Positions 20,744 through 29,559 are shown, numbered from the stretch's first letter. The stretch: 56,954 bases of DNA from Candidatus Melainabacteria bacterium (GCA_005110395.1 DUDU01000119.1:1-56954); one strand, 5' to 3'. Notes: generated by a model not told the origin, from the letters alone. A program made the numbers and translations.

Positions 20744-21943
20744 ATGAAAAGAGTATTTTTGATAGTAATGGACGCATGCGGAGTTGGAGCTATGCCAGAC
20801 TGGGAAAAGTTTGATGATCCGCATGGTGCAAATACTTTGGCTAATGTTTCTAAAGCATGTGATGGACTGCATTTGCCTAATCTTCAGAGACTGGGTTTAG
20901 GGAATATAACCTCAATTCAAGGTGTTGCTCCTAGTGATTCACCTATTGCCCTCTTCGGGAAAGCCGCTGAATTTTCTTTTGGCAAAGATACCACCACTGG
21001 CCACTGGGAAATGGCTGGACTTCCTCTTGATAAGCCGTTTCCTGTTTATCCCAAAGGCTTCCCAAAAGAGATTGTCGATCGGTTTATTGAGCTAACTGGA
21101 TGCGGGGGAATACTCTGCAATGAACCGGCCTCAGGTACAGAAGTATTAGTTCGCTTAGGCGAGAAGCATTTGGAAACTGGGTGGCCTATTATTTATACTT
21201 CTGCTGACAGCGTTTTTCAAATAGCCACAAATGCCGAAAAAATCCAATTGGAAACTTTGTACCATTGGTGCGAAATTGCCCGAGAAATACTTCGCGGTGA
21301 ACACGAAGCCAGCCGCGTTATTGCAAGGCCTTTCACGGGAAAAACGAGTAAAGAATTTCGCCGCCTCTCCGAGCATAGACATGATTACGCAGTCAAACCA
21401 AGAGGACAAACGGTTTTAGATTTTCTCTCAGCGCATAATTGTGAGACCGTTTCGATTGGCAAAATTGCAGATATTTTTTGTGAAGTCGGTATTAAGCGCA
21501 TTATTCCAGGCAAATCAAATGAAGCCTGCTTAGCCAATATACACGAAACCATACTTGAAGAGAGTAATTCCAATAAATTAATTTTTGCGAATTTAGTTGA
21601 AACTGATTCTCATTTTGGTCACCGCAATGATCCAATCGGTTTTGGTGAAGCTCTAGAGAAAATTGATTTGAGTCTTGGTGAATGGATAAAGGATTTGAAG
21701 GATACGGATTTATTAATTTTGACAGCTGATCATGGCTGCGATCCGACTGTGGCTGGAACGGATCATACTCGAGAATTTATTCCGATCTTGGCTTATTCAC
21801 CTTCAATGAAAGAAGGAAAGTCAATTGGTGTCAGAGATACTTTTGCGGATATTGCGGCTAGTACTGTTGATTGGCTCAATCTCTCCACTCGATGGCAAGA
21901 ACAACTTATGCCTGGCAAGAGTTTTTTGAGCAACAATATTTAG
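20744..21943 (+). CDS. deoB: phosphopentomutase
   Basis: LIVMD..GVG, GKDTTTGHWE, YTSADSVFQI, RVIARPF, GHRND, TADHGCDPT..GTDHTRE. Confidence 0.96.
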   Translation: MKRVFLIVMDACGVGAMPDWEKFDDPHGANTLANVSKACDGLHLPNLQRLGLGNITSIQGVAPSDSPIALFGKAAEFSFGKDTTTGHWEMAGLPLDKPFPVYPKGFPKEIVDRFIELTGCGGILCNEPASGTEVLVRLGEKHLETGWPIIYTSADSVFQIATNAEKIQLETLYHWCEIAREILRGEHEASRVIARPFTGKTSKEFRRLSEHRHDYAVKPRGQTVLDFLSAHNCETVSIGKIADIFCEVGIKRIIPGKSNEACLANIHETILEESNSNKLIFANLVETDSHFGHRNDPIGFGEALEKIDLSLGEWIKDLKDTDLLILTADHGCDPTVAGTDHTREFIPILAYSPSMKEGKSIGVRDTFADIAASTVDWLNLSTRWQEQLMPGKSFLSNNI

Positions 21944-22097
21944 AACGAATGCTATTTCACTATAATTTTGCGTAAATAATATATCCTTTAAAAAGTTGCA
22001 AATTTGATTTCACATAACGCTTTGTATCTTGAAACCAGTGTGATCTGCGAATTTTTTAATAGCTGATTTAAAATATGTTTGTATAAGAACTAGTTAG
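21870..22097 (+). repeat. direct repeat unit 1: deoB 3' 74 bp + intergenic region + attI-like site
   Basis: Aligns with 22742-22971 from ATTGGCTCAATCTCTCC to GTATAAGAACTAGTTAG. Confidence 0.9.
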
Positions 22098-22099
22098 TG
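22081..22099 (+). other. attI-like recombination site candidate 1 (GTATAAG-AACTA-GTTAGTG)
   Basis: Same TAA-N7-TTA geometry as the attI1 simple site CCCTAAA-ACAAA-GTTAGGC; similarity between the two repeat units stops right after GTTAG. Confidence 0.5.
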
Positions 22100-22699
22100 A
22101 CAATGCTAAAAGTCGACCGTGCTAACGATAACAAAATGAATAAACCAGTTTATAAACATCCTGACTTTGTAACCCAAACTGACGACAAACGAATCGAAAA
22201 AGAAAATAAACGTTTGTGGCTTTCTTTGAAAATTGACAGCAAATTAAAAGAAGGCTTATTAGTTATTTTAAAAAATCCAAGCAGAGCAACAAAAGACATT
22301 TCAGACAAAACGGTTTTCAATGTTACGAACTATATTTACAAAAACCGAGAAAAATACCGGCAATTTAAGAATATTGGGACAATAACAATATTGAATTTAA
22401 TCCCTTTTTATCAGACATATGCAGAACTCCTTGCCACATCTAACCTAAACATTGTTGACAAAGAAAATATTCAGACTATTAACGACCTAACATCAAAAAA
22501 TGAAAACGTAATTATTGCGTGGGGCGACCACCCAAAAGGACTTTACACAGAATATAAAGAACTCAAAAGGAGAATACTCGACATATTGATCGCAAATAAA
22601 AATAGTGTGTTTTACGTTGACAAACTTTCAAAAAATGGCAACCCTAAACATGGTCAAGTATGGGGTTACTCCAATGAACTAAAAGAATATAAAATATAG
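22097..22699 (+). CDS. DUF1643 domain protein
   Basis: LKNPS.A....D.T, LNL.P, IIAWG, GNPKH motifs; likely start ATG at 22136. Confidence 0.75.
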   Translation: MTMLKVDRANDNKMNKPVYKHPDFVTQTDDKRIEKENKRLWLSLKIDSKLKEGLLVILKNPSRATKDISDKTVFNVTNYIYKNREKYRQFKNIGTITILNLIPFYQTYAELLATSNLNIVDKENIQTINDLTSKNENVIIAWGDHPKGLYTEYKELKRRILDILIANKNSVFYVDKLSKNGNPKHGQVWGYSNELKEYKI

Positions 22700-22741
22700 C
22701 AAATGGACATTTATTTAATCTTCAAAATTGCTTTCACTATT

Positions 22742-22971
22742 ATTGGCTCAATCTCTCCACTCGCTGGCAAGAACAGCTTATGTCTGGCAAGAGTTTTTTG
22801 AGCAAAGATATATAAAATCGTATTGAATCTTCACTAAATTTCCTATAAATAATATATCTTTAAAAAGTTACAAACTTGATTTCACATAACGCTTAGGATA
22901 GTGAAATCAAGTTTGTTTTGCGAATGTTTTTAATAATAGATTTGAGATACGTTCGTATAAGAACTAGTTAG
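22742..22971 (+). repeat. direct repeat unit 2: orphan deoB 3' tail (22742-22815) + intergenic region + attI-like site
   Basis: Encodes WLNLSTRWQEQLMSGKSFLSKDI* versus deoB WLNLSTRWQEQLMPGKSFLSNNI*; 7 mismatches in 74 nt; more diverged downstream but ends in the identical GTATAAGAACTAGTTAG. Confidence 0.9.
22870..22916. repeat. perfect 16-bp inverted repeat (ACAAACTTGATTTCAC-N15-GTGAAATCAAGTTTGT)
   Basis: Read directly from sequence; degenerate in the unit 1 copy. Confidence 0.85.
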
Positions 22972-22973
22972 CT
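22955..22973 (+). other. attI-like recombination site candidate 2 (GTATAAG-AACTA-GTTAGCT)
   Basis: Identical to site 1 up to GTTAG, followed by unrelated sequence leading into the GIY-YIG gene. Confidence 0.5.
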
Positions 22974-22993
22974 GTAATTGTAAAACTATAGTT

Positions 22994-23821
22994 GTGGTAT
23001 TAAACGAACAGACAAAAATGATAACAATACAAGAGTTACTTTTTAATAGGAAACTTGCCAAAACTTGCAAAATCAAACTTGTAAGACACAAAGACAACAG
23101 ACGTGACTTATACAACTTATATCGAACTGACAAAGTAGAATTTTTAGCTTATCAAAACTCTCAAAAAAAAGACGTTTTTAATGGGGTTGACTATATCGTT
23201 TCATTTATCGGTGAAGAAGGGTTTCTTTCAAGATTTATAGGTGTTTACAAACTAACAGGTAAAGAACAAATCGCTGACGAACATTTTGAATATCAAATGG
23301 AAGAAGTAAAAGAACAGTTTGACGACTTAAAAGAACGAGTAATCATACGTTGGGAAAATCCTATTTCTTGGCATCAGTGGATTAAAAACGAAATGGAAGT
23401 ATTAGAAATTCACCCAGGACTTCATTACAAACAATTTACTGACTACTCAGACTTTATTTTAAACTTTGACGAACTAAAAGAAATTGTAACAAAGCAATAT
23501 CGCGACTGGAAAAAAATGCTCTCAGCGACAAAAGGCATTTATTTAATAAGCGACACGAAGACAGGTAAACTGTATGTTGGCTCTGCATATGGAGAAGAAG
23601 GAATTTGGGGGCGATGGACTAGATACGTTTCAACTAACGGACACGGTGACAACAAGACCTTAAAAGAACTTATTGCAAGCGACCCAATTCACGGAAACAA
23701 TTTTCAGTTTTCAATACTAATGTTATTACCTCGAACGATAACTGCAGACGAAGCAATTAAAAAAGAACAACTTTTTAAAAATAAACTCGGAACAAACTCA
23801 TTTGGACTAAACAACAATTAA
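22994..23821 (+). CDS. GIY-YIG nuclease family protein with N-terminal extension
   Basis: GIYLI.D..TGKLYVGSAYG..GIWGRW..Y, GHG.N, FQFSIL, E..FK.KLGT; likely start ATG at 23018. Confidence 0.9.
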   Translation: MVLNEQTKMITIQELLFNRKLAKTCKIKLVRHKDNRRDLYNLYRTDKVEFLAYQNSQKKDVFNGVDYIVSFIGEEGFLSRFIGVYKLTGKEQIADEHFEYQMEEVKEQFDDLKERVIIRWENPISWHQWIKNEMEVLEIHPGLHYKQFTDYSDFILNFDELKEIVTKQYRDWKKMLSATKGIYLISDTKTGKLYVGSAYGEEGIWGRWTRYVSTNGHGDNKTLKELIASDPIHGNNFQFSILMLLPRTITADEAIKKEQLFKNKLGTNSFGLNNN

Positions 23822-23834
23822 CAATGGACGAACT

Positions 23835-23966
23835 TTGGTTTGGCAATAATATGAGGTTCAGTGATTAAATCAAGCTATGTGTTACTATCAAAGCTTCTTG
23901 TTTTTTGACTATTGAAGTGCTTCGAAAACGTCGCCTCCGCCAAGCTACAAACATAAACCGTTAGGC
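23835..23966 (+). repeat. attC-like / gene-cassette-associated intergenic element
   Basis: Terminal arms GGTTTGGC...GCCAAGCT can pair and the element ends in a perfect GTTRRRY core (GTTAGGC, 23960-23966); resembles intergenic repeats I recall from Bacteroidota cassette-like arrays (unverified). Confidence 0.5.
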
Positions 23967-24023
23967 TAATAAGTAAACAACAAAAGCATAAAGAAAAAAT
24001 ATTTGCATTTGCTAAAAAAATAG

Positions 24024-25979
24024 ATGGAAAAAGATTTCAAATTTATTGATTTATTTGCTGGCATTGGAGGTTTTCATATAGCCATGCACAGACTGGGAGG
24101 AGAATGTGTCTTTGCATCTGAAATTGATGAACAAGCAAGATTAACTTATGAAATAAATCACAAAAAAATAAGTCCTAAACTTTTTGAAACTAATAATTTC
24201 AACAAAGACATTCGAGCAATAAACCCAAAAGACATACCTGATTTCGACATACTTTGTGCAGGATTTCCTTGTCAGCCATTCAGTCAAGCAGGTTTCAAAA
24301 GAGGTTTTGCTGACAATCACAATTCTGAAAGAGGAAATTTATTTTTTAATATCGTTGAAATTTTAGACACAAAAAAACCGAAAGCTTTTTTCTTGGAAAA
24401 CGTTCGTGGGCTTAAAACTCATGATAACGGGAAAACATTTAAAGTCATTAGAAACATCATTGAAAATGAGCTTGGATATTCGTTTTATTTTGAAATTATT
24501 CATGCATCAGATTATGGATTACCTCAATTACGACCAAGAGTATTTATGATAGGTTTTAGAGATGAGGGTTTGATGAAAGGTTTTCATTTTCCTCCATCAA
24601 TTCCCTTGAAATTCACAATGGATGAGGTATGGAAAGGGAAATGCTCAAGAAAAATTGGCTTTACAATTAGAGTTGGTGGCAGAGGTTCGAACATTACAGA
24701 CAGACGAAATTGGGATACTTATGAAGTTGACGGAGAATTACGAAGGCTTTCATACCAAGAGGCTCAAAAAATGCAAGGATTCCCAGACGATTTTGAGTTT
24801 CCTGTTAGTCCAACACAAGCCATAAAACAATTAGGAAACAGTGTCGCCGTTGATGCTATCGAAGCAGTTTCAAAAAGCATGTTGGAGCACCTAGAAAATT
24901 TAACACCAAAACAAACGACACTGAGATCGACAAAAAACAAAGGGGAATGGACAGAATTATTAGTCTTTATTAAACTTCTTTTAGATCAAAGACTCTCACT
25001 GTCTGATGAGAAGCTGAATGCAAATAATAATTCATTTAAAATAAATAAGGTAACTACTCATAATTTAGATATTGAATTTTTGTTATTAAATCTTTCAACT
25101 GTTGTTGTAAGAAACAAAGAAAGTAAATTAGAAAAAGAGATAAATGTCTCTGAAATAATTAATACAAAAATCCTTAATTTATTAATAGAAAAGATAAAAG
25201 AAAACGCTCAAACTTTTGATATTCCAGAGTTCAATATTATTCAAGACACACTAGGTTTTAATATAATCAAAGGCGGAAATAGCAATCAAAAGGCTGATAT
25301 TTTATTAGATATTGAAAATAATTTTATTCAAAAAGAAAACGAAGGTTTTGGTATAAAATCGTATTTAGGAAGCAAACCAACTTTGTTAAATGCTTCGGGG
25401 AATACCAATTTCATATTTAAAATCAATGGATTAAATAAAAAATTCCTTGATGATATAAATGCTATTGAAACAGCAACAAAATTAAAAGACAGAATTAATA
25501 AAATTGAAGAACTTGGTGGTGCTTTTGAGTACATTGGTGCCGAAAAAGAAACAATGGAATTTAACTTAAAAATGGTTGATAGTGAAATGCCAAAAATAAT
25601 AGGGCACCTTTTATTGTCTTTTTACAAGGATAGAACTTCATCTTTGAAAAAAATAACAAACTCCATTATTGAAAATATAAATGATGATGAAAAAACACTC
25701 TTTATAAACAAAATCAAAAAGTTATTAGTTGACATTTTACTTGGTTTTTTTGCGGGCACGAAATGGAATGGTAGTTACGAATCAAATGGAACTATTGTTA
25801 TGAAAAACAATGGAGATTGCCTTGGTTTTCACATAATAGAATTGGATAATTTAAAAAATTATTTATTTGAAAACATAAAATTAGACACTCCATCAACAAC
25901 AAGGCATCGATTCGGAAAATTATATTTAGAAAAAGACGGGAATATGTATTTCAAGCTAAATTTACAGTTGCGATTTTAA
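24024..25979 (+). CDS. DNA cytosine-5 methyltransferase fused to HpaII-family restriction endonuclease
   Basis: MTase motifs DLFAGIGG, GFPCQPFS, ENV, PQLRPRVF, QLGNSV in about aa 1-290; then NKGEW.E, KADI, GFGIKSYLGSKPTLLNASG.TNF, DTPSTTRH, YFKLNLQLRF typical of HpaII-family REases; single ORF. Confidence 0.85.
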   Translation: MEKDFKFIDLFAGIGGFHIAMHRLGGECVFASEIDEQARLTYEINHKKISPKLFETNNFNKDIRAINPKDIPDFDILCAGFPCQPFSQAGFKRGFADNHNSERGNLFFNIVEILDTKKPKAFFLENVRGLKTHDNGKTFKVIRNIIENELGYSFYFEIIHASDYGLPQLRPRVFMIGFRDEGLMKGFHFPPSIPLKFTMDEVWKGKCSRKIGFTIRVGGRGSNITDRRNWDTYEVDGELRRLSYQEAQKMQGFPDDFEFPVSPTQAIKQLGNSVAVDAIEAVSKSMLEHLENLTPKQTTLRSTKNKGEWTELLVFIKLLLDQRLSLSDEKLNANNNSFKINKVTTHNLDIEFLLLNLSTVVVRNKESKLEKEINVSEIINTKILNLLIEKIKENAQTFDIPEFNIIQDTLGFNIIKGGNSNQKADILLDIENNFIQKENEGFGIKSYLGSKPTLLNASGNTNFIFKINGLNKKFLDDINAIETATKLKDRINKIEELGGAFEYIGAEKETMEFNLKMVDSEMPKIIGHLLLSFYKDRTSSLKKITNSIIENINDDEKTLFINKIKKLLVDILLGFFAGTKWNGSYESNGTIVMKNNGDCLGFHIIELDNLKNYLFENIKLDTPSTTRHRFGKLYLEKDGNMYFKLNLQLRF

Positions 25980-26147
25980 AACGCTACGATCTAAGTAAGC
26001 AATCTTGAATCAGAGAAAAAAACATGAATGGAGGAAAGAAGTGTTTGAGAGAGGAAATTGAGAGTAGCTCGATCTCTCAACTCTCTGGCAAAAACAGCTT
26101 ATGCCTTGCTGAACCAGAAATAGTGAGCAGCACTGCAAAATCTGCCA

Positions 26148-27230
26148 CTAATTCACAACTAATTCTTGCAATTGTTTTTTCTGATCATAGGCAATCAGAG
26201 ACTGAATAATATTGTCCAAACTGCCTTCAAGCGTTACATCAAGCGAAAAATTCTGTTGCAGCCTATGCTCTGAAAGCCTATTTTCCTTAAAGTTATAAGT
26301 CCTGATTTTCTCAGATCGGTCTCCTGTTCCTACCTGCACAGATCTTGCCGAAGCAATTTTTTCTCTTTGCTCATTAATTTGCATTTCATAAATTTTGGAA
26401 CGCAACAAAGCCATTGCTCTCTCTTTATTTTGATATTGCGAACGCTCTTCCGTACAGAAAATATGAATTCCCGTTGGTTTGTGCACCAAATGAACAGCAG
26501 TTTCCACTTTGTTTACATTTTGCCCACCAGCTCCACCGCTTCGAGTAGTAGAAATTTCAACATCATTTGGCTCAATGTGAACTTCAACATCAGTTACCTC
26601 AGGCATTACAGCTACAGTTGCGGTTGAAGTATGTATGCGTCCAGAAGCCTCAGTCAGCGGAACTCTTTGAACTCTATGAACTCCCGCTTCATATTTGATT
26701 TTGCTATAAACTCTTTCCCCTGAAATTTCCAAGAAAACTTCTTTGTATCCACCAAGCTCAGCTTGAGATGAACTAATTACGCTGGATTTCCAACCTTGAC
26801 TTTCGGCATATCTTAAATACATTTTGAGTAAATCACCCGCAAAGAGCGAAGCTTCATCTCCACCAGTTCCAGCTCTGATTTCTACAATTACATCTTTTTC
26901 ATCATTAGGATCTCTAGGCAATAGCGATAGTTGCAGTTCTTCTTCTAGTCTAATTAAATTTTCTTTGACGCTTTCAATTTCTTCCCTAATAAATTCAAGC
27001 ATTTCAGCATCAGATTCAGAATTAACTAAGCTTTGATTGGACTCTAACTCTGCTTTTTGTTTTTTGTATTCTTGATATCTATTTACCGAAACTTCCAAAT
27101 CTTTTCTGGCCTTGGATAAAGTTTTGATCTGCTCATAATCATTCATCAATTCAGGGTCTGAAATTTTCTCGGTGATTTGATTATAGGTAACCAGAATTTG
27201 TTCTAATTTATTTGTGAGAATCGGATCCAT
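26148..27230 (-). CDS. prfA: peptide chain release factor 1
   Basis: [39 protein letters not shown]; PxT motif. Confidence 0.97.
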   Translation of the reverse strand: MDPILTNKLEQILVTYNQITEKISDPELMNDYEQIKTLSKARKDLEVSVNRYQEYKKQKAELESNQSLVNSESDAEMLEFIREEIESVKENLIRLEEELQLSLLPRDPNDEKDVIVEIRAGTGGDEASLFAGDLLKMYLRYAESQGWKSSVISSSQAELGGYKEVFLEISGERVYSKIKYEAGVHRVQRVPLTEASGRIHTSTATVAVMPEVTDVEVHIEPNDVEISTTRSGGAGGQNVNKVETAVHLVHKPTGIHIFCTEERSQYQNKERAMALLRSKIYEMQINEQREKIASARSVQVGTGDRSEKIRTYNFKENRLSEHRLQQNFSLDVTLEGSLDNIIQSLIAYDQKKQLQELVVN

Positions 27231-27295
27231 GATTTTGCTTAATGACTTACTGAGAGAGTGAAAGAATTGATTTTAAAATGGAAGTAGAAGTTTTG

Positions 27296-27940
27296 CTATT
27301 TCTTTTTACCAAAAGGCAATTGTTTATTGAATGCTTCTTTGTTCTTTTCTCTGATTAATTCGAGATATTGATAAGCCTCGAACAAACTACCGCCTTTACC
27401 TGGAGATTTGCAAGCAGCGTAGGCAGCGCAAGCCTGAGACAAAATTGCATTTGGAATTAAATTATCTTCAAATATCTTTCTGCGATTCATCCCCATATAG
27501 AACAAAAAGCCATTTGCACAAATCATGATTAACCAAAAGACAAAGTTAAAATCAGTGAATAGAACTTGAGGTTCACGTGATTGAGGAAAGCGAACAATAA
27601 AAAATATAATTGATGTAAGCAGTAAAAGGCCCCCAACAATCAAATAAAGTAAAACTCTGGGTAAATCTTTGCGCGAAGTTTGAAGAGAATTAGCGGCTTC
27701 AATCGCCATTTGCTGAGCTTCTTCATAAGTCATTTTTCGATTATCCATGCGTTGAATCAATTCTTTGCATATTTCTTTTTCAGAATCCTTTAGAGGCTTT
27801 CTTGTAATCATTGACTGAATACGTTTAATCCAAGAAATTTTGTTTTTTTTTGAAACCTGAATCGCAATCTGCACCCACTCGTCAGGATTAGATTTAACTT
27901 TCTTTGGCTTCTGTTTTATTTGCTGAAACTTTTTACTCAA
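27296..27940 (-). CDS. hypothetical membrane protein (2 TM)
   Basis: 214-aa ORF with two hydrophobic segments, co-oriented with prfA. Confidence 0.6.
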   Translation of the reverse strand: MSKKFQQIKQKPKKVKSNPDEWVQIAIQVSKKNKISWIKRIQSMITRKPLKDSEKEICKELIQRMDNRKMTYEEAQQMAIEAANSLQTSRKDLPRVLLYLIVGGLLLLTSIIFFIVRFPQSREPQVLFTDFNFVFWLIMICANGFLFYMGMNRRKIFEDNLIPNAILSQACAAYAACKSPGKGGSLFEAYQYLELIREKNKEAFNKQLPFGKKK

Positions 27941-28125
27941 TTTATTTAGCTCTTTATAGTTCTTGACTATTGATTGACAAAGAAATAATTTCCCTGATTA
28001 GGACTTCCATGAGCTTGAGGGCAAATTCGTGAATTCCACTCAAAATTAAACTCAAAACAATAAGCTTTAATATTAACTTATTGCAATTGACTTTATAGTT
28101 TTCAATTCTGAGTTTATATGCAAAT

Positions 28126-29559
28126 ATGCTGGAATGCTTGCAAGAGATTCATCTGAAAAGTCTATTAATTGTTCACAAATCATTATCGCCTACTAGCTAC
28201 AACTTGAAAAATTTGAATAAGTTCATCAAATCGAATAAATCACATCTTTTCTTTGGGGCTATTGTTTTCCTGATTTCCTTTATTTTACGTACTTATGATA
28301 TTGCTTCTCCTTATGGAAGAACAATGACTGCTGCTGGTTCAACCAATTTCTGGCATATAGCAGGAGAAAATTATTTGAAGTATGGATATTTTTCTCATTT
28401 TTTTACACCAATACTCAATACTGGCACTAATTTTCCACCTGAGTTGTACACGAGCCATCCATCATTCACCGCTTTTTATTTGAGTATATTTTATCTGCTG
28501 TTTGGATCAAGTGTTTTGATTACCAAGATAGCAGCTCTCATTGGTTGGTATGCCGTTAGTTTTCTCATTTTTAAAATCGCAGCACAAAAATCAATTCGAT
28601 TTGCATATTATGCATTGCTAGCTTCTTTTGTTTTGCCTTTTACAAATGGCTTTTCGCTTTGCATTGATAGTATTGGCGGGCCCCTAGTAGTTGTTTTCAG
28701 TTTGCTTTATTTTTATTGCTTAGAAACCAAAAAAAACAATTCATGGGTAGCCTTTAGCCTTATCCTGGCTGCTTTCACTGAGTGGAGCTTTGTACCATTG
28801 ATAGTATATTCATCTATTTCTCCTAGATACAGAAAATACACTCAGCTTATATGGATACTCGGGCTTAGTACTTATGCTTTTATGATATGGCTTTTTATTA
28901 ATCAAACTGAGACTCATACCTTTGCTACAGCTTTAACCAGAATGAAGCAACATGTTGATAATACTATTTCAATCGATAAATTTTTTAGTCGCATACTGAT
29001 AACTTATACTTTGACTTTATTCACTCCTTTTGTTTTTATTGGTGGATATCAACTTATTCAAAAATACAAATTCACTTTTATCCCTTTATTATTTCAGCCA
29101 TTAATGATGGTTTTAGCATTTCCTTTTGGTGCTTATAAACACGCTTTTTGGATTTGTACTTTGTGTCCTTTTGCCTGTTTAGCTATTGCTGAATTTTCAA
29201 CTTCTCAATTGGTAGCTTCTATATCTCAAGCTCTCATAAAGAAATACTCAAAACTAATACCCCAAATAATTATCATTGCCATTCTCATATTTTCAGGCTG
29301 GAACACTATTTATCACAAGGAAAGAGGCAAAACAGATTTTTATTTCAAAGCAGGTAATTTTATTAGAACACATAGCAATACAAAAGAAATCATAGTTATT
29401 CCCGCTCCAGGAATGGCTTCAGATGCAAATTCTGAGAGATTGCTATTAGGGTATTATGCCAAAAGAGATTTTATTATGCTTTCACCAATTCCTGACAATG
29501 AGGAAAAGTATTTCTGGAAATGCTCATCAATTAAATGCAAAAGAGTATTATTGAATTAA
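28126..29559 (+). CDS. multi-pass membrane protein, probable GT-C (ArnT/PMT-like) glycosyltransferase
   Basis: First TM ending in LR, periplasmic loop with YTSHP motif, many TM helices; adjacent to GT2 and GT39-like genes. Confidence 0.6.
   Translation: MLECLQEIHLKSLLIVHKSLSPTSYNLKNLNKFIKSNKSHLFFGAIVFLISFILRTYDIASPYGRTMTAAGSTNFWHIAGENYLKYGYFSHFFTPILNTGTNFPPELYTSHPSFTAFYLSIFYLLFGSSVLITKIAALIGWYAVSFLIFKIAAQKSIRFAYYALLASFVLPFTNGFSLCIDSIGGPLVVVFSLLYFYCLETKKNNSWVAFSLILAAFTEWSFVPLIVYSSISPRYRKYTQLIWILGLSTYAFMIWLFINQTETHTFATALTRMKQHVDNTISIDKFFSRILITYTLTLFTPFVFIGGYQLIQKYKFTFIPLLFQPLMMVLAFPFGAYKHAFWICTLCPFACLAIAEFSTSQLVASISQALIKKYSKLIPQIIIIAILIFSGWNTIYHKERGKTDFYFKAGNFIRTHSNTKEIIVIPAPGMASDANSERLLLGYYAKRDFIMLSPIPDNEEKYFWKCSSIKCKRVLLN

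Noticed and set aside
22879-22980. dif/pdif (XerCD) site, suggested by ATTTCACATAA and GTTCGTATAA resembling XerC arms
   Set aside because: No TTATGTTAAAT-like XerD arm at the required 6-bp spacing; attI-like geometry fits better, though Xer involvement is not excluded
21870-23966. CRISPR array or prophage att pair as explanation for the repeats
   Set aside because: Only two long diverged units separated by whole genes; no short repeat-spacer periodicity, cas genes, phage genes or integrase
26024-26209. 61-aa ORF between the R-M fusion and prfA
   Set aside because: Overlaps the prfA 3' end, has no motif, and contains a hairpin (TTGAGAG..CTCTCAA) better explained as a terminator
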